Counted from the stretch's first letter, positions 1 to 43,854 are shown. The stretch: DNA of 64,000 bases from Antedon mediterranea (GCF_964355755.1 NC_092670.1:13068795-13132794), one strand, 5' to 3'. Translations and numbers: made by a program. Notes: generated by a model not told the origin, from the letters alone.

Positions 1-540
1 TATACTAGACCTATTATTCCATCTATAATAACAAATAATGAAATGTACTAAAAATATCAATTGTAGGCCTAGTCATGTCCATAATTGAATCATCAATAAT
101 TAGTGAAGTTTATAACAGTGGTAGTCAAGTCCCGCAGGCAATTGAGAACAATCGGGGATATTATTATTATATTATCGGAAACAAGAGTGAAAGTTTGTGA
201 GTACCGATCTCTGTTTGTAGGCATAAGTCTATTTTACAATAAATTATTGCTAAATATTATTATACTTCTGTCTAAAATTTTACACATTTGTGGTGATTGA
301 ACGATTTTATCAGGTCTGTATACACACTGTTGCTGTATGTTTTTAAAATGATTTATACCTTTTATAACTGTTATATATATTTAATACCTTTAATGCCTAT
401 GTTAAAATATTTATATATACAGTAGTTTTATTTCTGTTTTAATTTTCATTTTACTTGTATAATGTTTGTGTGCTGCCCTCATGAGATTATATCAAATGAT
501 ATGAGGGCGTTTTCCAAACCGTTGCTATCAACCGCGAAAG

Positions 541-30076
<29,536 letters not shown>

Positions 30077-31548
30077 GCCTCTTGAGGTTCTGGTCATATG
30101 AAAGGAAATGATCTCTGGCCTACCAATAGCTCAATAACTTGATTGTTGAGGTTTACTGGAAAGTGATCCATCGGCTACATGTAACTTACAGGTTGTCAAG
30201 GTTCAAGTAAAAAGAAAGGAAGTGATCTTTAGGCTTTTCTAGTGTACATTTAAATAGGTTATCCCTTTGATGTGGATAACCTAAGTTATTGCTGCATTTT
30301 ACTGCTTTTGCTATCCTGTAAGTGGTGTACAGTTGTGAATCTTGTTGCAACGCAAAATAGTACCAAAACCAAGTTTTATACGTACGAAGTGAGTTTTGCT
30401 TGTGGTAAATCATGATAAATTTGACTGCAAGTTTTACCAATGATTACGTAATATATTAATGGATTGATTTTGTATCTGTACAATTAATCCAAGGATTGAA
30501 GAACTGATTAGAAAGCAACAAATATTTTCCAGTCTTTCCCTGTGAAAGTGTATGTGCTTTATAATGTGTATAAAACATCCCTATTGCAAAATGGTTTAAC
30601 CCATTTTACTGTACATGTGTGTGTGTATTTTATGTTTGAATATAGAGATATAGAATAATATAGAGTTCTATAGTTGCACGTGTGCTTCTTTGTAATATAA
30701 ATTATTTTGTTTTAAGGTATATAAATATATAAGAGCACAGATTAATTTTAGGTCTAAATTTATGATACATTATTGCATTATCACTGCTGAAATATCTTTT
30801 CAAAAATAAACTTTTTTATTTTAATTGTATGCAAATTGAAAGTTATAACAATATTTATTGAAATCGGTGGTAACATTTTAATTGTTACAAATTACTAAAC
30901 TATAACCATCACTATTAAATTATTTTTAATACGTTCATATTTTTTAAAGATATTAATATTTTTTTCTGTACCAAATGGTTGCATACTATTTGTGATGTGT
31001 GTTTAAAAATGTATTCTTGATGTTTATTATATACTTTATGCAATCTAAAATATCAATATTTATTGTTCACTGTGAGTGACGAGTTTATCTGTCTAAAAGA
31101 CTAGACGATTAAAGACTATCAAAATATACATATCACAAATATTTTATTATTGCATTATTAGTCATCATATCTCTATATTTTATTGATGTGACAGACTTAC
31201 TGCATTGCTTGTCAGTATAGGAACATATTTTGGTCAGTAAATCAGTCTGTCAACAAACACAAACCATGTTTATGCTTTGAATTATTTGTTTTTTTTTCAT
31301 TGTATAATTGGCCTTTGCTAAAACTGGTCTCTGTGAAATTTCACAAATGCTTTCATAATGACATTGCTGGCTCAGAAAGTCTGTCTTTTTCACATGCAAT
31401 AATAGGACCAGCCCAAGGGTGTCCAGTATTGAAAGAGTTGACTGTATTTAACTGATGCCAATAATATCTAATAGCCAGTATACAAACTAAAGGTGTATTT
31501 TTCAGAAAGAAAAAAACCCTACAGAAATGTGTGTGCTACTGTCATCAA

Positions 31549-34001
31549 TTACTCAAATTGTTTTGATTTAAACAAGTCTTGGTCTGGATCTGATTGCACA
31601 ATGGCAACCTCTTCCCGACATGCAGTGACGCCATCGTTCCAACAGCTTTCATTGCATGTGTACACTAATACTACTCCGAACTCTACAGTCGTACCCACAT
31701 TTAATTTATCCTTTAACATTTGAACTAGAGCTGGCATCAACTGAAGTTCAAAGGTCATTTTGCTGCCACAGTACTGACAACGTTCTTGGTGTAAAGGTGT
31801 CTGCTGTGGCTTCCTGATGTACAGAGGACTACCATCCCAACTATATCTGTAAAGAAGTTTAGAAAATGTCCTTATGATTTTCAAATATTTTACACTACCA
31901 ATTATGCTAGTGATATTTAGGCTTTAAATGCACAAGTTGTGGGTAAGTGGTCAATGCTTGTAGTATACATATTATACTTAAATAGTAATAATCTTCTTTG
32001 GTTTTAGCCATGTGCATACACACATTTTAACTGCACTTCTCTGTGATTGTCATACATACCTCAGGCATTGTACAGGACATAATCTTGTTCTCTTCAGAAA
32101 TTTTTCAAACACTTGATCTCCATGTGTCGCAGAAATTTTCTCATACTTTTCATTCTTGGAAGTATTTTTCCTAAAAGACACAGAAAAAAGTACAGTAGCT
32201 AAAAGAATATAAATGGTTTAAAGAAACAAAATACATGTATCACTTTAAAGGTAAATAATGGAAGTTTTTTTTTGCACCATGAAATGTGTACTACAGTTTT
32301 GACTTTACCTTCTATCATTTGAACTTTCATACCATTCCATTGTGTCTAATCCCTCCCTCTGCTCATATTCCTTCAAAAGTCTTCGTTCATGTTCACTCAC
32401 AACATGCTCATTTTCTGTAGGTTCCGCAAAAACGTTCATATAAAATGAAGCAAATTTCACAGGGTTCTCATTTAATTTTAAATCAAACATTTGTTTTGAA
32501 AATTCATCTGAATCTTTAGTTTTAACAACAGAAAGACTTGATTGTTCTGATATATCTAATTTGGTTTCTTCTTTGTGGATCTCTACTTGCAAGCTCAACA
32601 TATCCTCACATGTAGCATTTTCTTGTCCCCAGTCATCGGTACTCGCATCCCAATTGTCATTTTCATTACCCCAATCCTCAGTATCATCGCACCAGTCATT
32701 AGAAGACATTACAACGTTTTCCACCTTTGGTTCAGGTTTCTTTGCTACTTGCGTAACTAACTTCTGAGATCGCAAAACATGCCAACTAAAGAAAAATAAA
32801 GCAACATCCATCAATATGAAGCACACTAAAACAAAATAATATGTTTCTTATCTTAATATTCTTCAGTTTGCACATGATACAGTGGTTGCACATCCTCCTT
32901 TCAATAGGGAAAAAAATGGAATATTTTCTGTCAAAATCTTGCATTTTTTTTTATACTGTCATGAAATGTACAATATGCAATTTCAAATTAAAATCATTAC
33001 CTGCCATTTTGATTCCAACAAGATGGATTAGCACAAGCAAAAACATAGAGTGTGCGATAATACTTTGAACCCTCAAGAGGGCAGTATACTTGACTGATAA
33101 GATACAGTGTTGCGCCACAGAGCTTGCATAAAGGGTTGGGCAGATTGTTGGGATAAATCCAATCCTAACATAAGCAAGATAAAAAAAACACATTAGTACA
33201 TATAATATTAATAATATAAGACAGTTTACTGATACCTGACACTGCATTACCTAGCTACTACATGAAAACTGAAGATTGAACTACAGAATACCAAATAGGC
33301 CATTTTGCAGTTTTAATGTCAAGTTAATCACTTCTCTTCTCATTGGTGGTATAAACAAAATGTAAAAATAAAAATTGGTTAAATTAAACCAAACAAAAAC
33401 CCATTGACTTCCAGGTAGGTCAATCTGACTAGACCTAGCCTAGGCTAGTAGTATATTATTATTTTAAATTAGAATTTTTCCGCTAAATAAACTTTCTTCG
33501 ATCCAATTTTTGGTCAAAGTGATTAACTATTAACAGAGATTCCGAAATAAAACATTGAATGAATGAATAATCATAATTAACAAAACCCATGGAAAAACAA
33601 ATTTTAACATTATTTTTTCAGGGAGACAATATAATATTTAAATTTTCAATACACTGGTACTATATTTACTAGCTAGAGTAGTAGTACTGTATGAATGAAA
33701 TGAAGTGAAGTCTGTAATTCCAGGTTAATCGCTACTTTATACGGTCGAAACGACTCCGAACCTAGAGAGTAGGCATATCGAAGGCAGGTAGTGGTGATGG
33801 GGTGCCACATTCCACAACAAACAAGACGTCCGCCTAAGCCTAGCCCGGGTCTAGTGTAAAAACATATATTACGAATAATAACAATCAAAACATATTTTAA
33901 AGTACCGGAATTCCTCCTATTTTATTTGTTAAAAAGTTCGAATTATTGGTAATTAAAACTTCATCCTTCATTCCAAGCAAAACTTTCATGGGCGCAGCCA
34001 T
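31549..34001 (-). CDS. PDCD2L: Programmed cell death protein 2-like (PDCD2_C domain, ~381 aa)
   Basis: Exons 34001-33906, 33164-33001, 32785-32309, 32170-32060, 31846-31549. Motifs TNKIGGIPDW, CKLCG..LYLISQVYCPLEGSKYYRTLYVFAC, SWHVLRSQ, DWCDDTEDWG, EKYEK..HGDQVFEKFLKR..CPVQCLRYSWDGSPL, CQYCGSKMTFELQLMPALV, VEFGVVLVYTCNESCW, EEVAIVQSDPD. No MYND finger, so PDCD2L rather than PDCD2. Confidence 0.93.
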
Positions 34002-34120
34002 CTTTCTTTTGTTGGCAGCATGAAACTGTTCAGGCGTGAAATTTAGTTTGCGCATGCGTTTTAGTTTATGTATCCCGCGCGCAATAAATAACAAGAGATG
34101 TGTGAGAATTTGCATCAAAC
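34002..34120. promoter_or_regulatory. Bidirectional promoter PDCD2L/RFC1
   Basis: Start codons are 119 bp apart on opposite strands. Locally CpG-rich, with an NRF1-like TGCGCATGCG at ~34049-34058 and a YY1-like AAGATGGC over the PDCD2L ATG. Confidence 0.8.
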
Positions 34121-37100
34121 ATGGTGTGTTTATGAGCTTAATTTACTAAGTTAGCGTTGATATTAGTTAAAATTTAGCCAGAATTTAGATTAAGTGAGTC
34201 ATAAATTTTGTAAATGTTAGGTCATATGGGAGTTGAAAGTAATATGACATTCAGTAATTTAATTTAGGCCTAGGGCCTAGGCCTAAAGGTTAGGCCGAAG
34301 CATAGCCATATAGGCCTACTACGACTACGTACGTGTCTTAAAAGTCAAGACTTACCTATTTCATTTTGCATGTTCTGACCTGCTTCGTGTTATACTTATT
34401 AATTATAGAGCAAACGTAGGGATTTCCCTTATGAAAATTCCCTGGTTATATTAGTCTACTAATACTACTGTATACAACCTGAGTCTTATCTAGGCATGAC
34501 AGTAGGCCTATTATTATTAATAATTAGAACATTAATTATTAGATAGGCCTAGGCTAGGCCTAGTATTTATTAGTTAAACTAAATAAATTAAAGTAACGTA
34601 TTGATTGACGGCATATTTGATGCCTCATAAATCAACTCATTTTTCCCCCATATACCTTTTATTTTAGAGTGATATCAGAAGCTTTTTCAGGCCTGTTTCC
34701 TCGAAGACTACCTCACAGAGCAAAACAAATGGGGCTAGCAAGAGAAAAAGGACCGATGGTTCGGGTATTAAACAAAGTAAATCGAAATCAAAGAAACTCA
34801 GCATAGTGTCAGATTCCGATAATTCAGAAGATGACGTTGTATCGCCAACCAAAAAAGTTAAAGGTAAGGCCTAATCTCAATCAATAAGTTAATTGATTTG
34901 GTATATGACAAATTCCGGAAACGAATTACAGTAATTAAAAATGACAGTAAATTGTATGGAACCCAGAAACTCAACTACATCATCTTGTAGCGCTCTTTAA
35001 GCCTCTGCCATTCTGTTCTGTGCTGTCCTAGACCAACCTGTTCCTGTATAAGATATGATACAGTATTGCCCCTCTTGTGTTTTTGTCTTCCCCTTCGTCT
35101 TCATTGATTCTATGATTATGATGTATGAAAAGTGACATGAGAATAATTTGTTTTCAAGGGTGCAAAGTTTTCTTTAATTTTAATTGGTAGCTCATTCCAC
35201 TTTTGAATGAAAGACCCAACTTTGAAACCTGACAAAATTGTTAATCTATGTTACTGTACATATTGCTAGGTATCATTTTTTGACCTCTCCAATTTCAAAT
35301 TTTTATTTTTTGCTTAGGAAACGGTGTTAAAGTTAAGAAGGAACCAACAAAGAAAGTATCTCCAATGAAAGCAACTACAGTCAATGACTTCTTTGGCTCA
35401 GGACCTATACATAGGTCGGCTAAGAAGGAAAGAAAACCACAAGTATGTATTCTTTAGCGCTATAGATATTACGCCTCTTTGATGTTGTCATTACTAACAT
35501 TTATAATTTATTTATATGTACTGTTTTGTATCTTAATGTGTAAAAGTACGCTGTAAATCGGACTCAGCATATTATATTAGCGTGATAGGCGAGTGGATCT
35601 CATTTCCAAGCATCAAAAGACCTGCAAAATATATGCCTTTATATATGTATCTACGGTACAACTGTACTAAACATTAGTTGATGACAGTTTCTTTCTCTAT
35701 TTTTTGCTAATTTGTTTAAATTACATTTTTCTTTTTTGATAGATACCGCTAGACAACAATAACATGAAGTCACCATCAGAAAGTGTTCATGAAGATGAAG
35801 ACTTTAAAAAAACATTGTTACAAATTGATAAAGAGCTGACACCTAAAAAGGTAGCAACAACTAACATTAGTTGATGAAATATAAGTAACTAGACTGCAGT
35901 ATGAAGAAGTATAAACTATTTAGTTTATATTATATAAAGAATATAAATATTAAAAAGAATTAAAATAATGTTTCTTGTTTCATTAGAGAAAGGTAATAAA
36001 GTTGGATGAGATGAGTTCACCTAGAAGAAGCCCAAGAGGAAGCCCAGCCCCTACTGACAAATCTACAAATGGTACATAAAGATGTATTGTCCCTCAAAAC
36101 AACATTAATAGTTTTAGTTAATCACTTCAGTAATTAACGTAGTGATTTACTTTTATCGTATTTAATACATGAAGAGCTGAAATAATGCTTGCCGTATAAT
36201 ACCAATGTTCAATTGATAAATTCATTACGACTGTGATTATTTTAGCATAGTTAGTTGTACTGCAATTTAAAACAAACTACCATTGAATAATTGTCTACTT
36301 TCCAGGAAAGAAACTATCAAGCAAGCTTTCATTAAAGATGATAAAAACACTTGTTGAGGACACGCCTCCTGTCAAGAGGTTATCGCCCCGGAAACTTGCA
36401 TCCAAAGAAGTTGTCCAAGAAACACCAGATAATAAGGTCAATATACTTCTAGATCAATAAAATCATCAAAACACACTGTATGTAGAAGATAAGATTAAAT
36501 TAAATGGTCCAAACACAGTTGGCACAGTGTGTGTCAATTTATATGATCATTTTACTACCAAGCTTGATTGATATTGACCCATGTCTACCATGTCCATTGA
36601 CCCATGTCCATTGACCCATGTCCATTGACCCATGTCCATTGACCTGTGACTTGTTGCTATCATCAGCATCCTGTTTTTAATATTTCCCTTTTTCGTAATG
36701 ATAGTCTAGATAAACTTGGTTGTGCTTTTAAATTATGTTATAATGTTTTATTAACAAATTTTCTTTGCTTGTTCTATCTATAGAAATCAACTAGTAAACG
36801 AAGTTCTACACCATCTGAAAATAAAACTTCAACCAAGAAAACACCATCAAAGACAACAACGAACACCAAAACACCTTCAAGAAAAACACCAAAAAAGAAA
36901 ACACAAACTCCGAAAAGCAAGTTGGAATTCACCAGCAAAAAGGATAATACCCCAAAAGTTGTGGAGACTACGCCACCAAAGACGCCTAAAGACGGCAAAC
37001 GTAAAGCAAATCCTCAATATTTTTCATACTTGAATCGAGAAGGGCCTCAAGCTCTTGGCACTAAAGAGATTCCAGAGGTAAAGGGCATTTTTTTGACAAT

Positions 37101-40100
37101 ACAATAAAAGTAGTAGAAAATACAAACAAACTTTATTTATGCTGAAAGAAATACATACATCCTGACGCCAAAATGTAATTTTCTAGTTTTCATAATAATT
37201 ATGAGATTTTTCAGTATAAGAATAATAATAATATCCTGGATTTATATAGCGCCTAATGTTGTTAAACCTATAAACGCTGAACAGTATTACCTCAGTCATT
37301 TTTAGGATCAACCATGTATGGAAACATACTCCCATAATGCAGCTAGTAATCAGTGCAAAGTTATAATAATAATGTATTTATTCTTACAGGGAGAAGCAGG
37401 ATGTCTTGATAACTGTACATTTGTGATCACTGGCGTTCTCGATTCCATTGAGAAAGAAGATGCCGTCGAACTCATCAAGCGTCATGGTGGTAAGGTCACC
37501 ACAGGTGTTAGCAAGAAAACTACATATCTTGTGACGGGTCGTGGTGCAGGCGAGAAAAAACAAGAAAAGGTAAAGTCAGATTTATATTCATAGGAAAATA
37601 TTGCGGATTTTGGATGCTTCAACTAAACTGTTTAACTTCTAACCTAATTTAGGTATATTTGTCTGAATAAAGTTTTTTTTTACTCAAATTTTCAGATTTT
37701 TTGATTGTTTACCTTATTCTTTCTTTCATCTTTATTTATTTTTAGGCCCAAGAACTAGGAATTACGCAGCTTTCAGAAGATGATTTGTTTGAGCTTATTC
37801 GCACAAGACCTGGAAAGAAAGGCTGTGTCAAGGTGTGGTAACAATAATATTTCTGTATAAATACGCTGTGTATGGAACCACATTGTAGAATATACAGTAT
37901 GTTATATACTGTACATGTTAGGCAGATACTTTGAAGCCGAGAATCCCCTACTCTCTTTCCACTACATGAGCGAATAGCTGCGACATTCATGTTTCTCGCG
38001 TTGTTGCTGAGCATTTAAATTCGCATGAGTGCTCATGAAACCGTCATAACTCATAGTAATTTTCGCTGAAGCGAAAAATCAAATGAACTAGAATTCGTTG
38101 AAGAAGGAAGTATGACAGACAGAAACTCGAATACGCATGCGCATAGCATTACCATGACGCTTTCAATTTGCACGAACAAATTTGACTAGTGGAAAATCAG
38201 CTTTACTCAGCAGTTGTAAAAAGTCTTTAAAAAAATCATTTTGATTTGCTGTCTCTATTTTTAGAATTGTGTACCATTTTTACTCTAGTTGGAATAATAA
38301 TTGAATAATTATAATAATGAAAAGTATAGTACTGTAGTAGGACCTAAGTACAATCTTTTGGTTATAAACATTTGGAAGGTTAATTTTGTTAGCGTTGAGA
38401 TCAAAATTTTCAATTGTTATTTTACCAACACATATGAACATCCGTTCTAAAAGTTATCAAAACAGTTAATTCTTGGATTTTTCATTCTAGCCTGCAAAGG
38501 TTATCCCGGAGTCTCCAACAGAAGAGAATCAATTTATAAGTGAAGATGCACAGATGGGAGCTTCCAGCCAATCAGATTCCCAGCTCTCGCAAAGTTCTGC
38601 CACACTCAGCCAATTAAACGCACCGTATTCAGAGTTGATGACAAACCAATCAATGGATTCCCAGCATTCTCTAACAGAGAGTCAGTTGCCAATGGACGCC
38701 TCTCCAGAACCATCATTGATGTGGGTTGATAAATACAAACCAAAGACTGTCAAACAGATCATTGGCCAACATGGTGATAGGAGTCATGTAAAGAAGCTGA
38801 TGAGTTGGTTGAAACAGTGGAATACCCATAATGCAAGTGGCAAGTTGAAAGGTTAGTTATAATTTGGACTACCCACAATGCAAGTCAAATGTTTGCTCTA
38901 TGTGTCTGGTTTAAAGAATGTTTAGCTGTTAATTAATGACGACAAGTTTAAAAGAATGGCCTCAACAAATTCTCATTTGAATGCTCACTCCTGGTTTTTG
39001 TAGGCAAGTGCAATCGTGACACTGGAGCTGGGCAAAAAGCTGCTTTACTGTCGGGCCCTCCTGGAATCGGAAAAACTACAACAGCTACACTGGTTTGCAA
39101 GGTAAACAACAATTTAAAATTCATAAGAAGTTGGTTGGTTGCTATATGAAAACATTTTTGGGACATTTAAAATATTCGGTGTATTTGTATTTGTATTAAC
39201 ATTGAATTTTGGTTTGAAGTATTGCACAATCATTTTTAATAAGTTAGGTACTCTTAAAAAGCAAGTCATCTACTTATTTTCAGGAAGTTGGGTTCTCATT
39301 TGTTGAATTCAATGCCAGTGATACCAGAAGCAAGAAAAGCTTGCAGACAGTTGTTGCAGAGCTGTTAAACAACCAGGATATCACATCAATGATGAATCCC
39401 AACACAGCAATCAAGAATCAAAAACATTGTTTAATTATGGATGAAGTGGACGGGATGGCTGGCAACGAAGACAGGGGAGGCATGCAGGTGTGTTCCATTG
39501 TTGCTAAGTATCATCATGGAGAAATAAGTTATGTCTTATTTCTCCATGGTATCATACAGTATTCTGTAAGCTTTACTGCCATATGATTGAGTGTAGAGGT
39601 TTGTACGTAATAGTATTATTTAAAAGACTGACACAGACGATGTATGTAAATAATAATTTCATTTCATTCAAAACAGTGGCATAACTATCTAGTCCTCATT
39701 ATAAGAAGTTGCTCATATATATTATGATAACATTCCTATCACTGAAACTAAACTAAAACTAAATAATTTTGTTTTATCTCTTTATTATATCATTTTAGGA
39801 ATTAATTCAACTCATAAAGAACTCCAGAATTCCAATTATCTGTATGTGCAATGATAGAATGCACCAAAAGATTAGGTCACTGGCCAATCATTGCTTTGAC
39901 TTACGATTTCAAAGGCCACAGGTCAAACAAATAAAGGTCAGTAAATTAATTTTATTCTTTCCTTGTACTATTGTTTCATTGTATGTACATAATGTTACAA
40001 TATTTCTGGTATTTTCTAGCTTTGTCTACACTATCACACAAACTGTTTGGGTTTTATTTGTAGGCAGCAATGATGTCGGTAGCATGCAAGGAAGGAATTA

Positions 40101-43100
40101 AAATCCCACCCCAATCAATGGATGAGATTATCATCGCCTCCAATCAGGATATAAGGCAGGTATGTATCCAGAGTTTGTAAATAAAGGAGGACAGCCTAGT
40201 CTCCTAGCTGGACAGATTTGTGCAAAGTAATGGAGATAAGATTGAATAGACAATTGGAGAGACCATGGTATGGTGTTTGCTTCAAGAACTGCTGCCAAGT
40301 GAAATGCATGAAACTGATCTATAGTGGCACAACATTTCATTCATTTCATTCATGTACATGTACAGTATGTTTCTTATTTTATTTAAAATGTTGTTACCAT
40401 ACTTTAGCATGAATAATACTTCTACTTTATACAGGTACTTCATAACTTAAGTATGTGGACAGCTGGACAGAAGAGCCTAAGCCAAGAACAACTGTCGTCC
40501 GATGCAAACAATGCAAAGAAGGATATGAAACTAGTGAGTACTCTTTGGCTTTTGCCATTACCAATAGTTAAAATTACACCTGGTAAGATACTTTGCTATC
40601 ATAAACGGTATTTTTTGTCTGGTTGCTCAATCATATAATTATTTAGTTCAAATGTTTCCTTACATCGATATTTTTAATAATATATAAATTTCCTTATTCT
40701 TTTTTATGTAAATCAAATGTATATGTTATGGAGAATCTGTATTGGTGTTTTTTTTTATACACTGTTTGATCTTGAATAAATAAATAAAATAAAAATACAG
40801 AAAGACCCAAGTTCAAGCCTGATAATATACAAGTTCCCAAGCCTGATAATATACAAGTTCCTAAGTCTTTAAGCTGTAAATGAGTACATGGTTGACAAAT
40901 ACTAGAAGGGATAAGGCAGCGTGGAAAGGAACTGATCACCTTGCCACATAATGCAGATCTAGGCTTGGTACAATGAGCTCTCAACAGCTCATTCCCCTAG
41001 TATAGGTTCAGAATGAACACAGGACCAATATTAAGTTTATACACACAGCAGTCGAAAAGCTTGATGAATAAGTTTGATTTTTTTTCAGGGTCCGTTTGAA
41101 GTTGTACGTAGAGTTTTTGTTTCTGGAGTTGAGAGAAGTAAGATGAGTTTACAAGACAAGATAAGCTTGTTCTTTCACGATTATTCAATGGGTCCATTGT
41201 TTGTCCAAGAAAACTATATAAGTATTGTTCCTGAAAAGGGAAAGTAAGTATCACATTATTGTTGTATATGACTTTAAATGTTATGTGTCAATGTCTATTA
41301 CATTTTGATCTACAAAAATATTGGCTAACAGAATGCTCTTTCCAATGATCTAAAATCCATCAATAATCACTCTATTTTTAAAATTAAATTAAGAAAGTAT
41401 CTTATCGTTGATATTCCTATCTGATTTTATATTTTCCGGTTTTATGATATTGTTGCTCTTCACTTTATATTTTTTTTATTGTACTTTCCTTTTTAACATT
41501 TTCTATGTGATTTTTTTATTATGCCTTTCACATTTCCATATGCTTTTCTTATGATCCTTGTTCACTTTCACATCTCCGATTTCTCTTGCAATGGACCCCA
41601 TTCACTTTGGTTTTATTCAATTTTAATATTCCAATTGTTTGTATTTTTTCTTTATGTTTTTTAAATGTATTTTTGAATGGATGCTAAATGAATAGATGAA
41701 ATGAAACAGTCTCGGGATCAAGTAACTGAAGAAAGGAAAAGACAATTTTCACATTAAATGAAAAATGTTTTTAATCATCCTGTTTTGTCATGGATGGGGT
41801 TCGTATTTGTACATGATGTAGAATTGTAAATATATTTCTGGCAATTTCAGATCCGATAAAAAGATGCACCTTGACCTACTTAGTAAAACTGCAGATAGTC
41901 TATGTTACAGTGATCTTATTGAAAAATCAATCAGGTCAAGGAATTCATGGAACCTTTTACCAACGCAGGTAAGTTTAAAATAACTTCAAATGAATAATTT
42001 TCTAAGATAATGTTATTATTTTTCTGACCACAATTGCACAACTCTCTGTAGATGCATTCTGGTTTTTTTTTTTTTGTATTTTATTGTTTGCCCTTTTTTT
42101 ATAACAGGCATTTTTTGCAAGTGTTCTTCCTGGTGAATATATGCAAGGCTTTATGAGTCACATGGTAAATTTTCCCAGCTGGCTCGGCAAGAACTCAACA
42201 CGAAACAAGAACTATCGATTGCTACAGGAACTACAACAGCATATGAGGCTTACGTAAGTCTACCATTCTCTTTATTTAGGGTATCTAAGTTCAGTTCACA
42301 CTGGAAGGTGAAGCGTCATGTGTCACGCAAAGCCAATCAAATTATTATAAATGAATACTCAATTTTTAATTCAAAGTCTATTTTAACCCAGAACATCAGC
42401 AAGCTTACAAGATATCAACCTTGCATACTGCCCTCACCTAAGCACAAGGCTTACACAGCCACTCCTTCAAAGAGCGAATCAGGGTGTACCAGAGGTCATT
42501 CAACTTTTGGATGATTATGACCTGAATCGCGATGATATGAACAGTTTATTAGAGGTCAGCCAATTTGGGAACTTTGACCCTTGGAGCCAAGTTCCATCAA
42601 AGGTTTGCTAAATTGTGTTGCCTATAGTTTTTATTGTGGGGTATCTATCAATCAATCTGAAGGTCAATGGTTCAAATCCTCTCCATGGCTAGTATCTAGA
42701 TTTTTATGACCAAATATTGTGCCTCTATAGCACTTTTCTCAGTTCCAGTAATAAAACCTGAATCATACCTATATGGTGATGGTTTTCTATCTCAGAGGGT
42801 CATGCTCCTACATAACAGAATCAGCCAGACCCCTTAACGATACCAATATTCTGCGTGAAATTAAAGTTATGTGTTATAAAAGTGTGAAGTTGTGCAGTCA
42901 AGTGTATGTTATTTAGTATTTGTGTGCAGAATTTATTTTCTTTTATTGACAGTAAACAGTTATTCATTTTCATTGCATATAGTTTCTTGCTTGAGTATTA
43001 TGGTGATTTATTTTTACTGCTTTCTAGGTTAAAAGTGCTTTCACACGAACTTACAACCAGGGCTCTCACCTATTGCCCCATTCTAGCGGCGATTTCAAAA

Positions 43101-43605
43101 AGAAAAAAGGGAAGCAGAAATCAAACCCATTAGATGGTGATAGTGATGAAGCAGATGAGGCGGAAAGTGATGATGATATCTCATCAATTTCAAGTGTTAA
43201 GGTATGTAGATTTATTATGGATCACTCCATCATCATCATCTGAGACGATTGTGAGCATGTGCAGATTGGGCTTGTCTGGCTCATTAGCATAACAAAAGCA
43301 GGCGCAAGTCTAAACATAAACAAGGAGTTACACGCAGACATTGCGGATAACTAATAAAATGTGGATGGATGAAATGTGATTTTTTTTGTACAAATTTAGT
43401 CTACTTATACAAATCAGTACCATCACCAGTTATTCCAATTAAAAATGTACTTTGTTGTAAAATGTTTGGGTTTTTTCACCTTGCTTTTGATTTATATTTT
43501 TCAATTCTGATTGGTTTGTAGAAAGTAGAAACAAAGGGTAAAGCAACGTCATCAAAAGGCAAGGCTGCTGCAAAAGGCAAATCCAAGGCAAAGAAATCAA
43601 AATAA
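34121..43605 (+). CDS. RFC1: Replication factor C subunit 1 (~1030 aa)
   Basis: Exons 34121-34123 (ATG only), 34668-34863, 35318-35442, 35743-35850, 35987-36071, 36306-36436, 36784-37077, 37390-37569, 37746-37832, 38491-38851, 39004-39101, 39284-39487, 39799-39936, 40064-40159, 40435-40533, 41089-41243, 41851-41968, 42108-42253, 42392-42602, 43028-43201, 43522-43605. N-terminal MSDIRSFF, BRCT domain (TFVITGVLDSIEKEDA..GGKVTTGVSKKTTYLV), WVDKYKP, Walker A GPPGIGKT, EFNASDTRS, Walker B IMDEVDGM, IPIICMCND, FPSWLGKNS, VKSAFTRTYN. Confidence 0.96.
36573..36645. repeat. 14-bp tandem repeat, ~5 copies
   Basis: Units of TTGACCCATGTCCA. Confidence 0.85.
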
Positions 43606-43854
43606 ACACATCAAATAAAAACGCAACAATTTAAAAGAGAGTTTGCTTTAATACAATCAAGCCTTGATATGGAAAGTAGTTCTTCAGGAGAAGACACAGG
43701 ACCTAAAAAGGTAAGATTCAGTAATACAAATGAGATGATATACTGAACTTGCACAAAGGTCAAATAGGAAAGGAATACTTGCAAAGATGTCATACTAATG
43801 TTCAAAGTTGAAGAACATGAAGAGGTAACAAAGAGAAGATCATAGTGAAAAGAA

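Noticed and set aside
103-300. Short ORFs in the ORF track across introns, such as this one
   Set aside because: AT-rich random ORFs with no recognisable domain or splice-consistent context.
34121-43605. Link to the human RFC1 intronic pentanucleotide expansion
   Set aside because: No AAAAG/AAGGG tract here; the 48-bp repeat is unrelated in sequence and position.
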